A DNA stretch of 63,335 nucleotides from Candidatus Rariloculus versatilis (GCA_028278665.1 JAQAJI010000030.1:1-63335), one strand, 5' to 3'. Shown: positions 51,658 to 61,336, numbered from the stretch's first letter. The notes: generated from the sequence alone by a model not told the origin. A program made the numbers and translations.

Positions 51658-52875
51658 CTAGATGACGGCGCCCATCCTGAAGATCGGCAGATACATCGCG
51701 ATGACGAGTCCGCCGACGAGGACGCCGAGCACGGCCATGACGAGCGGCTCGATCAGGCTCGACATGCTGTCGACGGCGTGGTCGACCTCTTCTTCGTAGA
51801 ACTCCGCGACCTTTGCCGCCATTTCGTCGAGCGACCCCGATTCCTCGCCGACCGCGACCATCTGATTGACCAGATTGGGAAACAGATCCGTGCTCTGCAT
51901 CGCCTGCTGCAGCTGCTGCCCGGCCGCGACATCGTCGCGCAGCCTGAGCACCGCGGTTTCGTAAACGCAGTTGCCGGTCGCACCGGCGACGGACTCCAGT
52001 GCCTCGACGAGCGGCACGCCGGCCGCAAAGGTCGTGGCGAGCGTACGCGCGTAACGGGCGATGGCCGACTTGGTCAGGATGGAACCGACGACCGGTGCTC
52101 CGAGCGCCACCCTGTCGGTAAAGCGGCGCACGCTTCGATAGCGGCGCTTTGCCTGCAGATATCCGGCGACGGCCACGACGACCGCAACCGCGATGGTCCA
52201 GCCCGTGTCGCGCACAAATTCGGAGATGGCGATCACGACTCGCGTGAAGGCGGGCAAGGCGGCGCCGAACCCCTGAAACAGTGACTCAAACTCCGGAATC
52301 ACGTAGATCAGCAGGATCGCGGTGACAACCACGGCGACCGCCACCACGGCAGCCGGGTAGAACAGGGCGCGCTGGACCTTTCTCTGGATCGACTCCGACT
52401 TCTCCTTGTACGACGCGATCTTCTCGAGCAAGGTGTCGAGCGCTCCGGCGCGCTCGCCTGCGGCAACGAGCTTCACGTAGAGATCGTCGAAGTGTTTCGG
52501 ATGCCCCGCGAGCGCATCGGCGAGCGCCGTGCCGCCCTCGATGTCGGACTTGATCGCCAGCACGAGCTTCTGCATCGCCGGCTTGTCGTGCCCGCTGCCG
52601 ATGATGTCGAACGCCTGCACGAGCGGAATGCCGGCGTTCATCATCGTTGCCAGTTGCCGCGAGAAGATCGCGATATCGCTCGTGGTGATGCGCCGCGTTG
52701 CCCCGTGAAACCGGGACTGCCTGCGTACGCGCCTCGGCGCGACCCCCTGCCGGCGAAGCTCCCGACGCACCGCGGCGGCGTTGACCGCGACGGTCCTGCC
52801 CCTGACCGACCGACCCGTGCGGTCGGTTCCTTCCCAGCGGAACGGGAGCTGTCTATGCCTGGTGGATCGAGCCAT
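51658..52875 (-). CDS. pilC: type IV pilus platform protein PilC (GspF family)
   Basis: 405 aa with two GspF-type repeats (FSRQLATMMNAGIPLVQAF... and FARTLATTFAAGVPLVEAL...) and three TM segments. Confidence 0.9.
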   Translation of the reverse strand: MARSTRHRQLPFRWEGTDRTGRSVRGRTVAVNAAAVRRELRRQGVAPRRVRRQSRFHGATRRITTSDIAIFSRQLATMMNAGIPLVQAFDIIGSGHDKPAMQKLVLAIKSDIEGGTALADALAGHPKHFDDLYVKLVAAGERAGALDTLLEKIASYKEKSESIQRKVQRALFYPAAVVAVAVVVTAILLIYVIPEFESLFQGFGAALPAFTRVVIAISEFVRDTGWTIAVAVVVAVAGYLQAKRRYRSVRRFTDRVALGAPVVGSILTKSAIARYARTLATTFAAGVPLVEALESVAGATGNCVYETAVLRLRDDVAAGQQLQQAMQSTDLFPNLVNQMVAVGEESGSLDEMAAKVAEFYEEEVDHAVDSMSSLIEPLVMAVLGVLVGGLVIAMYLPIFRMGAVI

Positions 52876-52979
52876 GCGTCAGTCCGGGCGCGGGATCGCC
52901 GGGCATGACGACACGCGAATCCGCTTTCGCCGGGCGAGTCGAGGCATGAGTCGGCGTCCGGGCTGAATCGTCCGTGAGG

Positions 52980-54578
52980 TCAATCGACGGTGATCCGGTT
53001 GATCTCCTCGAGACTGGTGATGCCTTCCCTGACCGTTCTGAGGCCCGACATCCTGAGATCGGCCACGCCGTCTTCGGCGGCCTGCTCGGCGATCTGCATG
53101 ACATTGCCTCCCTGCATGATGATCCGGCCGATCGGTTCGGTCACCGGCATGACCTGGTAGATGCCGATCCGCCCGGAGTAACCGCCGTTGCAGCGGTTGC
53201 AGCCCGTGGCCTGGAACACGCTCGTCATCGCCTCGACATCGGCCGGCGCGAACCCTTCGCCGAGCAGCGCTTCGGCCGGCAACTCGACGGCTTTCTTGCA
53301 GTTGTTGCACAGGCGGCGCGCGAGACGCTGCGCGATGATCAGGCTCACCGAGCTTGCGATCGCGTAGGGCTTGACGCCCATGTCGACCAGGCGGGTCAGC
53401 GTTCGCGGCCCATCGTTCGTATGCAGCGTCGACAGGACAAGGTGCCCGGTCTGCGCCGCCTTGATCGCGATCTCGGCAGTTTCCAGATCGCGTATCTCGC
53501 CGACCATGATGACATCGGGGTCCTGACGCAGGAATGCGCGCAGCGCCGAAGCAAACGTCAGCCCGACTCTGGGACTGACGTTGACCTGGTTGATGCCGGG
53601 CACGTTGATCTCCGCCGGATCTTCCGCGGTTGAAATATTCCGGTCCACGGTGTTCAGTACATTGAGCCCCGCGTAGAGCGAAACTGTTTTACCGCTGCCC
53701 GTTGGCCCGGTGACGAGGATCATGCCGTAGGGCTTCATGAGGTTGTCGACATAGGCGCGTTTCTGGGCGGCGTCGTAACCGAGCGAATCGATCCCGAGAC
53801 GGACGCTCGAGGGATCGAGCAGGCGGCAGACGATCTTCTCTCCGAAGAGCGTCGGACAGGTATTAACGCGAAAGTCGACGCTGCGAGTGCCCGACAGCCG
53901 CATCCTGATGCGGCCGTCCTGCGGGATCCTTCGTTCGGCGATGTTCAGCCGCGCCATGACCTTCAGACGCGCCGCGACCTTCATCGCGAGCGACGCCGGC
54001 GGCCGGGCGATTTCCTCGAGCACGCCGTCCATTCGCAGGCGGACGCGGCAGTACTTCTCGTAGGGCTCGAAGTGAATGTCGGACGCAGATCGCCGGATCG
54101 CGTCGTGCATGATCCGGTTGACGAAACGCACGATCGGGGCCTCCTCCACATCGGCGCCGGCCGTGTCCGTGGGCGCGCCCTCATCGGCCGTGGGAGCGTC
54201 GATGTCGGCGTCGTCGAACTGTGCGTCATCGAAACTCGCAAGCGTCGTGTCGACCGCTTCAATGGCGCGCGCGACGCGGGCTTCGAGCTTGTCCTCTTCG
54301 ACGACGACGGGTTCGACGCGCAGCGATGTCTGAAACCTGATGTCATCGAGCGCCTTGACGTCGGTCGGGTCACCGATGCCGACGTAGAGGCGATTGCCGC
54401 GTTGCTTGAGCGGCAGCACGCGATGCCTTGCGAGCAGTTCTTCATCGACCAGCCTGACGACCTCGAGATCGAGTTCCATCGCATCGAGGTCGAACACCGG
54501 GACGCCGAACTTGCGGCCGGCCGCAACCGCGGTTCTGCGATAACTGCCCGAGTCGGACCCGGCGGACAGCGGAGTCAC
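52980..54578 (-). CDS. pilB: type IV pilus assembly ATPase PilB, N-terminally short
   Basis: LVTGPTGSGKT, MVGEIRDLETAEIAIKAAQTGH and a CNNC...CNRC tetracysteine. Start trimmed from 54680 to GTG 54578, which overlaps the pilA stop as GTGA. Confidence 0.85.
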   Translation of the reverse strand: MTPLSAGSDSGSYRRTAVAAGRKFGVPVFDLDAMELDLEVVRLVDEELLARHRVLPLKQRGNRLYVGIGDPTDVKALDDIRFQTSLRVEPVVVEEDKLEARVARAIEAVDTTLASFDDAQFDDADIDAPTADEGAPTDTAGADVEEAPIVRFVNRIMHDAIRRSASDIHFEPYEKYCRVRLRMDGVLEEIARPPASLAMKVAARLKVMARLNIAERRIPQDGRIRMRLSGTRSVDFRVNTCPTLFGEKIVCRLLDPSSVRLGIDSLGYDAAQKRAYVDNLMKPYGMILVTGPTGSGKTVSLYAGLNVLNTVDRNISTAEDPAEINVPGINQVNVSPRVGLTFASALRAFLRQDPDVIMVGEIRDLETAEIAIKAAQTGHLVLSTLHTNDGPRTLTRLVDMGVKPYAIASSVSLIIAQRLARRLCNNCKKAVELPAEALLGEGFAPADVEAMTSVFQATGCNRCNGGYSGRIGIYQVMPVTEPIGRIIMQGGNVMQIAEQAAEDGVADLRMSGLRTVREGITSLEEINRITVD

Positions 54579-55063
54579 GGCCGGCAGGCGCCAGGCAGGT
54601 GTTGCGGGGCGATGGTCGTGGCGCCCGGGTTCGTATTGGCGCCCATGGGGTTGGCGATCGTCGGCGCCGCGAGGCCGCACTGCCAGATGATGCTGTCTTC
54701 GGCCGTCAGGTGCGGAGTCATCACCAGAGTCTGACCGGCAAGGTTCGAGGCGTTGGCGTCATTGCCGTAGGTGATGATGACTTCGCCGTCGACGATCTCC
54801 AGTTGCGCGACATATCTGCCTTGCGTGTTGGTGGCGGCGGCGCTGAGCCCGGCGGCCTCGCGGTTGGCCGGCGCCGTGCCCCGATAGAGATAGGTTTCGG
54901 CGATCGCGGCCTGGGCAGCCGACGCAAGGTTGATGCCCTCGGCAACCTGGGAACGGACAGTGTAGTCCTGATACGAAGGGATGGCGACCGCCGCGACGAT
55001 TCCGATGATTGCGATCACGATCATCATTTCGAGCAGCGTGAAACCCGAATGGATCTGCTTCAT
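54575..55063 (-). CDS. pilA: type IVa major pilin
   Basis: Leader MKQIHSG followed by FTLLEMMIVIAIIGIVAAVAIPSYQDY. C-terminal Cys pair (WQCG...PGACRP). Confidence 0.85.
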   Translation of the reverse strand: MKQIHSGFTLLEMMIVIAIIGIVAAVAIPSYQDYTVRSQVAEGINLASAAQAAIAETYLYRGTAPANREAAGLSAAATNTQGRYVAQLEIVDGEVIITYGNDANASNLAGQTLVMTPHLTAEDSIIWQCGLAAPTIANPMGANTNPGATTIAPQHLPGACRP

Positions 55064-55275
55064 TTCGGTGCGCCTCGAGTTTGTGTCCTTGTGCTAGGCA
55101 TCGTGCGGCATATCCGCCTGGGCGGGGTAGCCCGGAATAGGGCGAATGTGGCCGGAAATTGACGTGCACTCGGAGTTGTTGCGCGCGCAGCAATCACTGT
55201 CGAAGGATGGTCTTGAATGCGACTCACCAAGCACAACTTCGAGCGCCAGCTTGCACTGAATCGCGAAGACGTCGG

Positions 55276-55875
55276 TCAAGACAGAGGCAACGACTCGAGG
55301 TGTCGATTCCGTATCAGCGACACGAAATGATCTTCGATCTGCCTTGCGATCAACCGGGAATCGATCAGGAGACCGAGTTCGATATTGCGCTCCTGAGCTG
55401 CCTCCGTGAAATTCGCGGAGGTCACAAGCGCCTCCTGGCCGTCGATGACCACGCACTTAGCGTGCAACGCGCTGGCTGTCCGAGCTGAAGGTAGCAGGGA
55501 TCGCGGGTCGTAATAGACGCGAGGCAGTCGTTTCCCAGGCCACTCGTCACGCACGAAGTCAGACGCGAAGCGCCTGACGATGTCTCGTTCCACGGTGGTG
55601 CTCCCATGCTGGCGGCGAACGTCGATGCAGAGGATGGCTTCGAGCGCGTCGTCATTGTCGAGGCGATCTGCCAGCGCCTTGAACACCGCCCGTCCCTGAT
55701 GGACGGCAAAACCGACAGCCAACACCCGCTCTCGCGCTTTGCCGAAGAGCTGCCGAGTGACCACGCCGGTATCGCGGGCGCCCCCGCTTGAATCCGGTCC
55801 GCTGACGACGACCTCGACACGCGGCGACACATCATCCGAGGGCTGGGCGCCGGCAGCGTAAGCGCGAAGTAGCAA
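55276..55875 (-). CDS. drmC: DISARM DrmC-like phospholipase-D (single HKD) nuclease domain; 3' portion of a frameshifted gene
   Basis: ALHAKCVVIDGQEALVTSANFT is an HxK(x)4D(x)6GSxN-type HKD motif. It is the last gene of the helicase/DUF1998 operon. Confidence 0.7.
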   Translation of the reverse strand: MLLRAYAAGAQPSDDVSPRVEVVVSGPDSSGGARDTGVVTRQLFGKARERVLAVGFAVHQGRAVFKALADRLDNDDALEAILCIDVRRQHGSTTVERDIVRRFASDFVRDEWPGKRLPRVYYDPRSLLPSARTASALHAKCVVIDGQEALVTSANFTEAAQERNIELGLLIDSRLIARQIEDHFVSLIRNRHLESLPLS

Positions 55876-56074
55876 CGCGATTTGCCGGGGTCGCAGGTCT
55901 TGCCGAGCCAGGTGCCCCGAGGCACTGCGCGATCACAGTCGCACACTCGTCCGGAATGTGGTCGCGCAGCGCCAAGACACCGTAAGGCGGTGTGAGGAGG
56001 CTGGCATCGAGGAGATCCGCCAGCCGCAGGAGATCGCCTCGGCGCAGAGCGGCCAGCACGGCGAAATCCGTCAC
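55832..56074 (-). CDS. probable 5' fragment of drmC in another frame
   Basis: The GTG start at 56074 overlaps the drmB stop (GTGA). The 80-aa ORF runs into the PLD ORF, and removing one base from a G4 run (55915-55918) fuses the two into a roughly 265-aa protein. Confidence 0.45.
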   Translation of the reverse strand: MTDFAVLAALRRGDLLRLADLLDASLLTPPYGVLALRDHIPDECATVIAQCLGAPGSARPATPANRVATSRLRCRRPALG

Positions 56075-57879
56075 GGTTCGTACTTGGGCAGATCGAAGAA
56101 CGCCGCATCGGCGACCGCAACCGTCGGGACGACGAGCGCCCGGTCGAGAAAATCGTTGCGCTGCTCGCAGCTCGTTTCAGCGATCAGCAGGCAACCGTGA
56201 CACGCTGCGCCCTGCAACATGCGGCCCTCAAGCCGGGAATTGGGCGCGTGTTCCGCGCACACGGGGTCGTTCGAGCACAGTCGACCTTCGTTCAGCGCGC
56301 GGCGAAGGTGGGATTCGATCCGGCGCCCCGTCTCGACCAGGCCGCCCAGCGTTCCTTCGGAGTCGGACGAGCCTGTATAGATCAGGATTCCGTAGCCGCC
56401 GTCTCCGGCGTAGACGCGTTCGCGCAGCGAACTGGCCGGATAACCGCAATCAAGCGCAATTGACGTCATCAACATGTGCGACAGAGAGTGCAGCATCACA
56501 TAAGGGAGACCGGGAAACCCGTCCTCCGGCCGACGACGCTCGGCGGCCCAGGCGCGCCAGCCTTTCTCGATGCGTCGACCGCGCTCCCGGACGCCGGACC
56601 GCTCGATCCAACGATCGATCGCGTCGTTTCGGAACGACAGAAATATCCCTTCACCACGATTTTCTACAGCGGGCAGCCAGGTGATCGTTTCGGCGAGCGA
56701 CGCACGGGCGACCTCAAGGTCAAGCTCGCCGTTCTTGTCGGGGCTGATGGCCTCGAAGCGCGTAAATCCGAGCAGGGAGACCACTTCACGCAAACGATGC
56801 ACCAGAACCAACTTGTCAATGCTTGCCACGAGCCCGTCCCGTCCGGAATCCCAAGCTTCGCGCGGCAGCGTTTCCGCATGGAATCGGGAGCGTGGTTCAT
56901 GCTCGCCAATGACCGGGTCGCCCTTGTCGAGTATGTCGAACTCCGCGGACTTGACCGGAATGTCGTCCCGTTCCCCGTCCCCTTTTTGGCGGCGGAATTC
57001 TGCGCTTACCGTCTCATCGGCGATGCCGTCGAATGCTGCGTCGAGTTCCGGGATCATCCGGAAGTTTGCCAGTGCGCCAAGATCATCGGCTGCCTTCAGG
57101 CGTTCATAGTGCGTCGAAACTTTTGCAGCCAGCCCGGCGTCGTATTCGGGCAGCGAAATAACGCTCATGATTTGCGGGAAATACGCGTTGCTCGCCGTGC
57201 GCACCAAAAGCCGGTAGGGCTCTCCGCAACCTTCCCGGGCGTACTGTCCGATCCACGGCCGCTTGCCCTCACAGTGGCCAAGCGCACCGGTGCCGGGCAT
57301 GGAGGCCTCGTACAGCGAACGTTCCTCTCCGCAATCGCATACGCCGAAGGTGTCACCAATGTCGGCGCCCGTTCCCCGCTCTTCCAGCCACAGGGGACGC
57401 TGGCAGGCGTTGCCACCCTGGTGAACGAACCACCGCCAATCGAGATCGTCGATGTGGCCCCGCCGGCAGCCGCACACGAACCGTACCGGAACGACCGGCT
57501 TGCGTTTGCCGTCTTCGTCGCGGAACTGGCGCTTTTCGAGGTGATCCCACCGGACCAGTCGGCGGCGGCGCCATTGCCGGTTGCGGGGCGATGGGCGGGC
57601 GTCCTTGACGATGAACCATGTCGGGAAGATGCGCGCGCCGACGGGCGCAACTTTTCGCGCGTTCTCTTCGTGGCGCGGCGGTGTCCACAGCTCCAGCGTG
57701 GGAACGTCCAGCAACCGTCGGAGCTTTGCGGTCAAACGGGGCTCGTCGATTTTCTCGCGCCGCAGATGCGCCCAGTCCTGCAGGCCGGAGACAATTACGG
57801 AATAGTCCGGAAGATCGATCATCGCGCCCGGTCCGTGGGTCGTGATTAACTGACTCTGTCGGAGGATATTGTCGGCCAC
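56071..57879 (-). CDS. drmB: DISARM DrmB-like DUF1998 protein
   Basis: 602 aa. Cys-rich blocks VRFVCGCRRGHIDDLDW and CDCGEE. C-terminal MLHSLSHMLM...GGLVE...ACHGCLLIAETSCEQRN is typical of DUF1998 proteins paired with helicases. Starts 5 nt after the drmA stop. Confidence 0.8.
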   Translation of the reverse strand: MADNILRQSQLITTHGPGAMIDLPDYSVIVSGLQDWAHLRREKIDEPRLTAKLRRLLDVPTLELWTPPRHEENARKVAPVGARIFPTWFIVKDARPSPRNRQWRRRRLVRWDHLEKRQFRDEDGKRKPVVPVRFVCGCRRGHIDDLDWRWFVHQGGNACQRPLWLEERGTGADIGDTFGVCDCGEERSLYEASMPGTGALGHCEGKRPWIGQYAREGCGEPYRLLVRTASNAYFPQIMSVISLPEYDAGLAAKVSTHYERLKAADDLGALANFRMIPELDAAFDGIADETVSAEFRRQKGDGERDDIPVKSAEFDILDKGDPVIGEHEPRSRFHAETLPREAWDSGRDGLVASIDKLVLVHRLREVVSLLGFTRFEAISPDKNGELDLEVARASLAETITWLPAVENRGEGIFLSFRNDAIDRWIERSGVRERGRRIEKGWRAWAAERRRPEDGFPGLPYVMLHSLSHMLMTSIALDCGYPASSLRERVYAGDGGYGILIYTGSSDSEGTLGGLVETGRRIESHLRRALNEGRLCSNDPVCAEHAPNSRLEGRMLQGAACHGCLLIAETSCEQRNDFLDRALVVPTVAVADAAFFDLPKYEP

Positions 57880-57884
57880 GGCAG

Positions 57885-60800
57885 CTATTCGATGTCCTGT
57901 CCTTCAGGAGTCTTGATGCCCAGGAGCACGCTGGGTTCGACGTCCCGCAACGAACGGGGCGCCCGAAACCGAAGCTGCGTGTCGTTCAGCACATCGCGCT
58001 CCGGGTCGATCATCTCCCGCAACAACGGCGTCGCGATGCCGGTGCCGTAACGCGTGTAACCGAACTTGACGCCTCCCTCGCCGGCTTGGCGAGCGAGGCT
58101 CGCCCAGTCGTCGATCAGGCTCAGCACGCGGTTTCTGACGTGATCGCCGAAACTATCGGGGAGGTCGTCTGCGTGCGCTTGCGCTCGTTCACCCACCGCC
58201 TTCGCCAGTTCCGCGGAATGAGTGCCGTGACTCTCGACATCCCCGGCCGCGGCCATCGCCGTCAGCTCGGGAATCCCGAGCCGGGCCAGGGCCACCGATA
58301 CCGCCGGCAGTCCCCGATCCATCGCCCGGGGGGAAAACGGAGTCACGCCCGTTGCCTCCACGCCACGGTAGAAGGACTCGTGCCATGCGGAGAAGCGCTC
58401 GTAATGGGAGCGGTCGCGCGGTTTGTGGACATTCAGCAGGGCAACGACGAGCCCGGGCCGATTCGGGTCGCGACCCACCCGGCTCGTCGCCTGGATGTAT
58501 TCCGCGGTGGTTTTCGGCTGGCCCGAGACGACCATCAGCCCGAGCCGCGTAATGTCGAGCCCCACCGAAATCATGTTGGTCGCAAGCGCCACGTCCACAC
58601 GGTCGTTCCCGGCGAAACCCAGGGCGAGTTTGCGCTTGGCTTCGGCGACGGCGGCCGTGCCGACACGCGAGGTCAGCTCGACCGGATCGAACCCGATTCG
58701 CCTGTCCGCAAACAGCGGCGCCGGATCGTTGAGGCGCCTGCGCCCGGAATACGTCTGGAGCCGCGAACTGACCTCGTCCTCGACAATGCGGCGGGCGCTC
58801 CCGAGTTCCCGCAGCGCATTGAAGTAGGCGACGAGCGTCATGTACGGATCGGCGGGGTTCGGGTCCGCTTGTCCCGCCGCAGCGTCCCAGACCGCCTGCG
58901 CCGCAGCCATCAGCGTGATCGCGCTGCGCAGGAACACCACTTTCGGCCCGCGACCCTGGGCGGCGATGCCGAGATACAGACGCGGGTTCACTGTCGATGC
59001 CGGCGCCTGCTCGGCAATGAACGAATCTCGCCGGTCGATGCCCGGCGGCGGGAACACCGCGACGGAGTTTCGACCGAAAAGTGCGCGAATCTGCTTGTTG
59101 GCAAGCCGCACAGTGGCGGTCGATGCGATGATCTTCGGGCGCACCTTCTTGCCATCGACACGGCGCAGGCAAAGCTGATCGAGCGCGGTTTCATAAAGTC
59201 CGGCCATCGTGCCGAGCGGACCCGAAATCAGATGCAACTCGTCCTGGATGATGAGGTCGGGCGGGCGCGGATCGGTTGGGTCGCCGCCCCTGAAGAACCC
59301 CGCCGTCTCGCCGGTCCATGGCATGGCGGCGAACTTGTCGGCGGTGGCGATCATGAAGGCCGGCAGGCGCTCGTAGATCGGCTCGTCCACCGCGACAATG
59401 GGCAGCGAACGCTTCGCTCCGCGGAAGTCGCAACGCCGATTGACGCAGCGCACCAGCAGATTCGAGGGGTTGTTGGTGTCGGGCGTCAATTGGAAGGAGT
59501 GTTTCGCGAATTTCGTGCCGCACCAGGGGCACTGGTCCAGCGGCAGCGGTGGCTCATTCGAGCTATCGCGGGAAAAGCGCAGGGTGCGGATGCGGGCGCT
59601 CTTGTCGGATCGGTCGCCGTTCTTGCCCATGTAGTTGGGGGTCGCGGCGCGGCCCACCCACAACGCGATTTCAAAGGGCCAGGCGCCGAGCCTGTCCGGC
59701 GCCACTTCGCGCTCCAGTTCCAGCGCGCAGATCAGGGCCGCTGCACGACCGAGCTGGTCGAGCGTCAGCAGCCGGAGCGTGTAGCGCATGAGCACGGACA
59801 GCCCGCGATGCACGGGATCCGGGTCGCGCAGACGGCGCAGGACAAGCGTGAACGCGGCCAGCCCGAGATACGCCTCGGTCTTGCCGCCGCCGGTCGGGAA
59901 GAAAAGGAGATCGACGATCTCACGCTCCACATGGTTTGGCTCGGCGATGCCGCGCAGGTTCATCAGGATGTAGGCAAGCTGAAACGGGCGCCAGGCCGGG
60001 GGATGGACGGCTTCGGGGGCACGTCCCTGTTCCTGCGCCCGACGCCGCCGCGAAGCCGCGGCCATGGCGCGATTGGCGATACGGAAGGCTGCCAGAAGTT
60101 CGGGGTCTTCGAGAAGACTGATGCCAGCCTCGATGCGGTTCGCCGCGACCGCTGCCCTGCGCACCAGTTCGTTCGCCACCTCACCGCGTCTGCCCGTAAA
60201 TGTCTGCGCCTCCTCGCCTTGAGCCTCGATCCACTTGCGGTAAGCGCGGACCAGCGGAATCAATGCCCGCTTCGCAGCAGCGCCGTCCTCCAGAGCGCCC
60301 AGCGCCTCCATTGCGAACTCGACATCGGGAATTCCGGACGGTTCGACTCGCTCCACAACTGCAAGCGGCATCCATTCGGTATGGACTTGCCGACACTCGC
60401 CATCGACGGCTTCGGTACGTGTCGACACGTTGTGGCCGACTGCGTATTCGGCCGCGTCCCGATAGTGCAGGTCGGCCAGACGCTCATCCCAATCCTCGCT
60501 GTCAAGACCGCTCGGGTCGAATCGCGGAAGGAACGGGCGATCCGCGGTCGCGGACATTTCGACTTGGAAGGCGTATGCGGTATCTGCCATATCGTCGTCT
60601 TCCGCCGCTTGGCGCCGGTTGACCACGAACACGGAAACGGCGCGGGCACCGGTTTCGCCCTCGGGTTGGCGGAGCCGAGTGGGCCGAGCCAGGCAAACGA
60701 CCTCAAGGCCGTTACTGTACTGGAGGATGCGATGCGCGGGTGTGCCGCCTTCAAGGGATGCGAGATCGAGGGAAACGCTCGCCGCGCGTGGGTCACGAAC

Positions 60801-61265
60801 CCACGGAGAAAATCGGCGGCGGCCGGAGGATCCGGCGGTAACGGCGCCGGAGGGATCCGGTTCGGTGGCTGCGTGGCTCTTCTGTTCTTCCTCAGGTGCG
60901 TAGTCGCCCCAATTCACAGCGATATCAAGGCGCGTGGCCGATGCGTCCAGCAGTACGCTGAATCCCATTGACGACGGTAGAAAGGCGCGCTTGCCGCTGC
61001 CTCGCTCCGGCTCCCGTGCATCGTCCGCGCCCTGCGGCGGTTCGACGGGCTCGTCGATTTCCTCTTCAATGTCCTGGGCTCGCTGCCCTTGCGGCGCGTC
61101 GGACGGCACCAGGAAGCCGGTGAGATACCAGCGGGACGGCGCTTGCGGCAGGCGTTCGCACTGGAGGGCTTCGTCGTTGGACCTTGGCCCGATCAGGTCG
61201 AGCCGCAGCGCGTCCACAAGGCGAGCGCGGACTTCCGCGCTATCGGATGGCGGCGCGCCCATCAC
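57885..61265 (-). CDS. drmA: DISARM DrmA-like superfamily-2 helicase
   Basis: 1126 aa. N-terminal LDLIGPR...PSRWYLTGFLVP, FFPTGGGKTEAYLG (motif I), IIQDELHLISGPLG (DExH), ATNMISVGLDITRLGLMVVSGQPKTTAEYIQATSRVGR (motifs V-VI). Confidence 0.8.
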   Translation of the reverse strand: MMGAPPSDSAEVRARLVDALRLDLIGPRSNDEALQCERLPQAPSRWYLTGFLVPSDAPQGQRAQDIEEEIDEPVEPPQGADDAREPERGSGKRAFLPSSMGFSVLLDASATRLDIAVNWGDYAPEEEQKSHAATEPDPSGAVTAGSSGRRRFSPWVRDPRAASVSLDLASLEGGTPAHRILQYSNGLEVVCLARPTRLRQPEGETGARAVSVFVVNRRQAAEDDDMADTAYAFQVEMSATADRPFLPRFDPSGLDSEDWDERLADLHYRDAAEYAVGHNVSTRTEAVDGECRQVHTEWMPLAVVERVEPSGIPDVEFAMEALGALEDGAAAKRALIPLVRAYRKWIEAQGEEAQTFTGRRGEVANELVRRAAVAANRIEAGISLLEDPELLAAFRIANRAMAAASRRRRAQEQGRAPEAVHPPAWRPFQLAYILMNLRGIAEPNHVEREIVDLLFFPTGGGKTEAYLGLAAFTLVLRRLRDPDPVHRGLSVLMRYTLRLLTLDQLGRAAALICALELEREVAPDRLGAWPFEIALWVGRAATPNYMGKNGDRSDKSARIRTLRFSRDSSNEPPLPLDQCPWCGTKFAKHSFQLTPDTNNPSNLLVRCVNRRCDFRGAKRSLPIVAVDEPIYERLPAFMIATADKFAAMPWTGETAGFFRGGDPTDPRPPDLIIQDELHLISGPLGTMAGLYETALDQLCLRRVDGKKVRPKIIASTATVRLANKQIRALFGRNSVAVFPPPGIDRRDSFIAEQAPASTVNPRLYLGIAAQGRGPKVVFLRSAITLMAAAQAVWDAAAGQADPNPADPYMTLVAYFNALRELGSARRIVEDEVSSRLQTYSGRRRLNDPAPLFADRRIGFDPVELTSRVGTAAVAEAKRKLALGFAGNDRVDVALATNMISVGLDITRLGLMVVSGQPKTTAEYIQATSRVGRDPNRPGLVVALLNVHKPRDRSHYERFSAWHESFYRGVEATGVTPFSPRAMDRGLPAVSVALARLGIPELTAMAAAGDVESHGTHSAELAKAVGERAQAHADDLPDSFGDHVRNRVLSLIDDWASLARQAGEGGVKFGYTRYGTGIATPLLREMIDPERDVLNDTQLRFRAPRSLRDVEPSVLLGIKTPEGQDIE

Positions 61266-61336
61266 GGATTCCAGGAAGCGGTCGCGGACACGTTGTCAGA
61301 AATGCCGCAGAAATTCCGCCGCCATGCGCTCATGAT

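Noticed and set aside
54579-54680. Longer pilB start at ATG 54680
   Set aside because: It would overlap the pilA coding sequence by 106 nt. It encodes MRPRGADDRQPHGRQYEPGRHDHRP..., which does not resemble any PilB N-terminus.
55100-55125. Sigma-54 type promoter upstream of pilA (minus-strand AGGCGGATATGCCGCA)
   Set aside because: It keeps the GG-N10-GC spacing but matches the TGGCAC-N5-TTGCA consensus poorly. This is not enough to call a promoter.
58086-60971. 961-aa plus-strand ORF
   Set aside because: It is antisense to drmA and has an Arg/Gly/His-rich composition with no motifs. Long antisense ORFs are expected in GC-rich DNA. The same applies to 35552..38029 (opposite the oxoprolinase), 30866..32497 (opposite the ompA-like gene), 32528..34291 (opposite lipA/sohB), 43072..44325 (opposite rhlB), 46533..47459 and 47643..48599 (opposite secA), 38434..39513 and 39550..40455 (opposite the EF-G paralogue), and 56476..57849 (opposite drmB).
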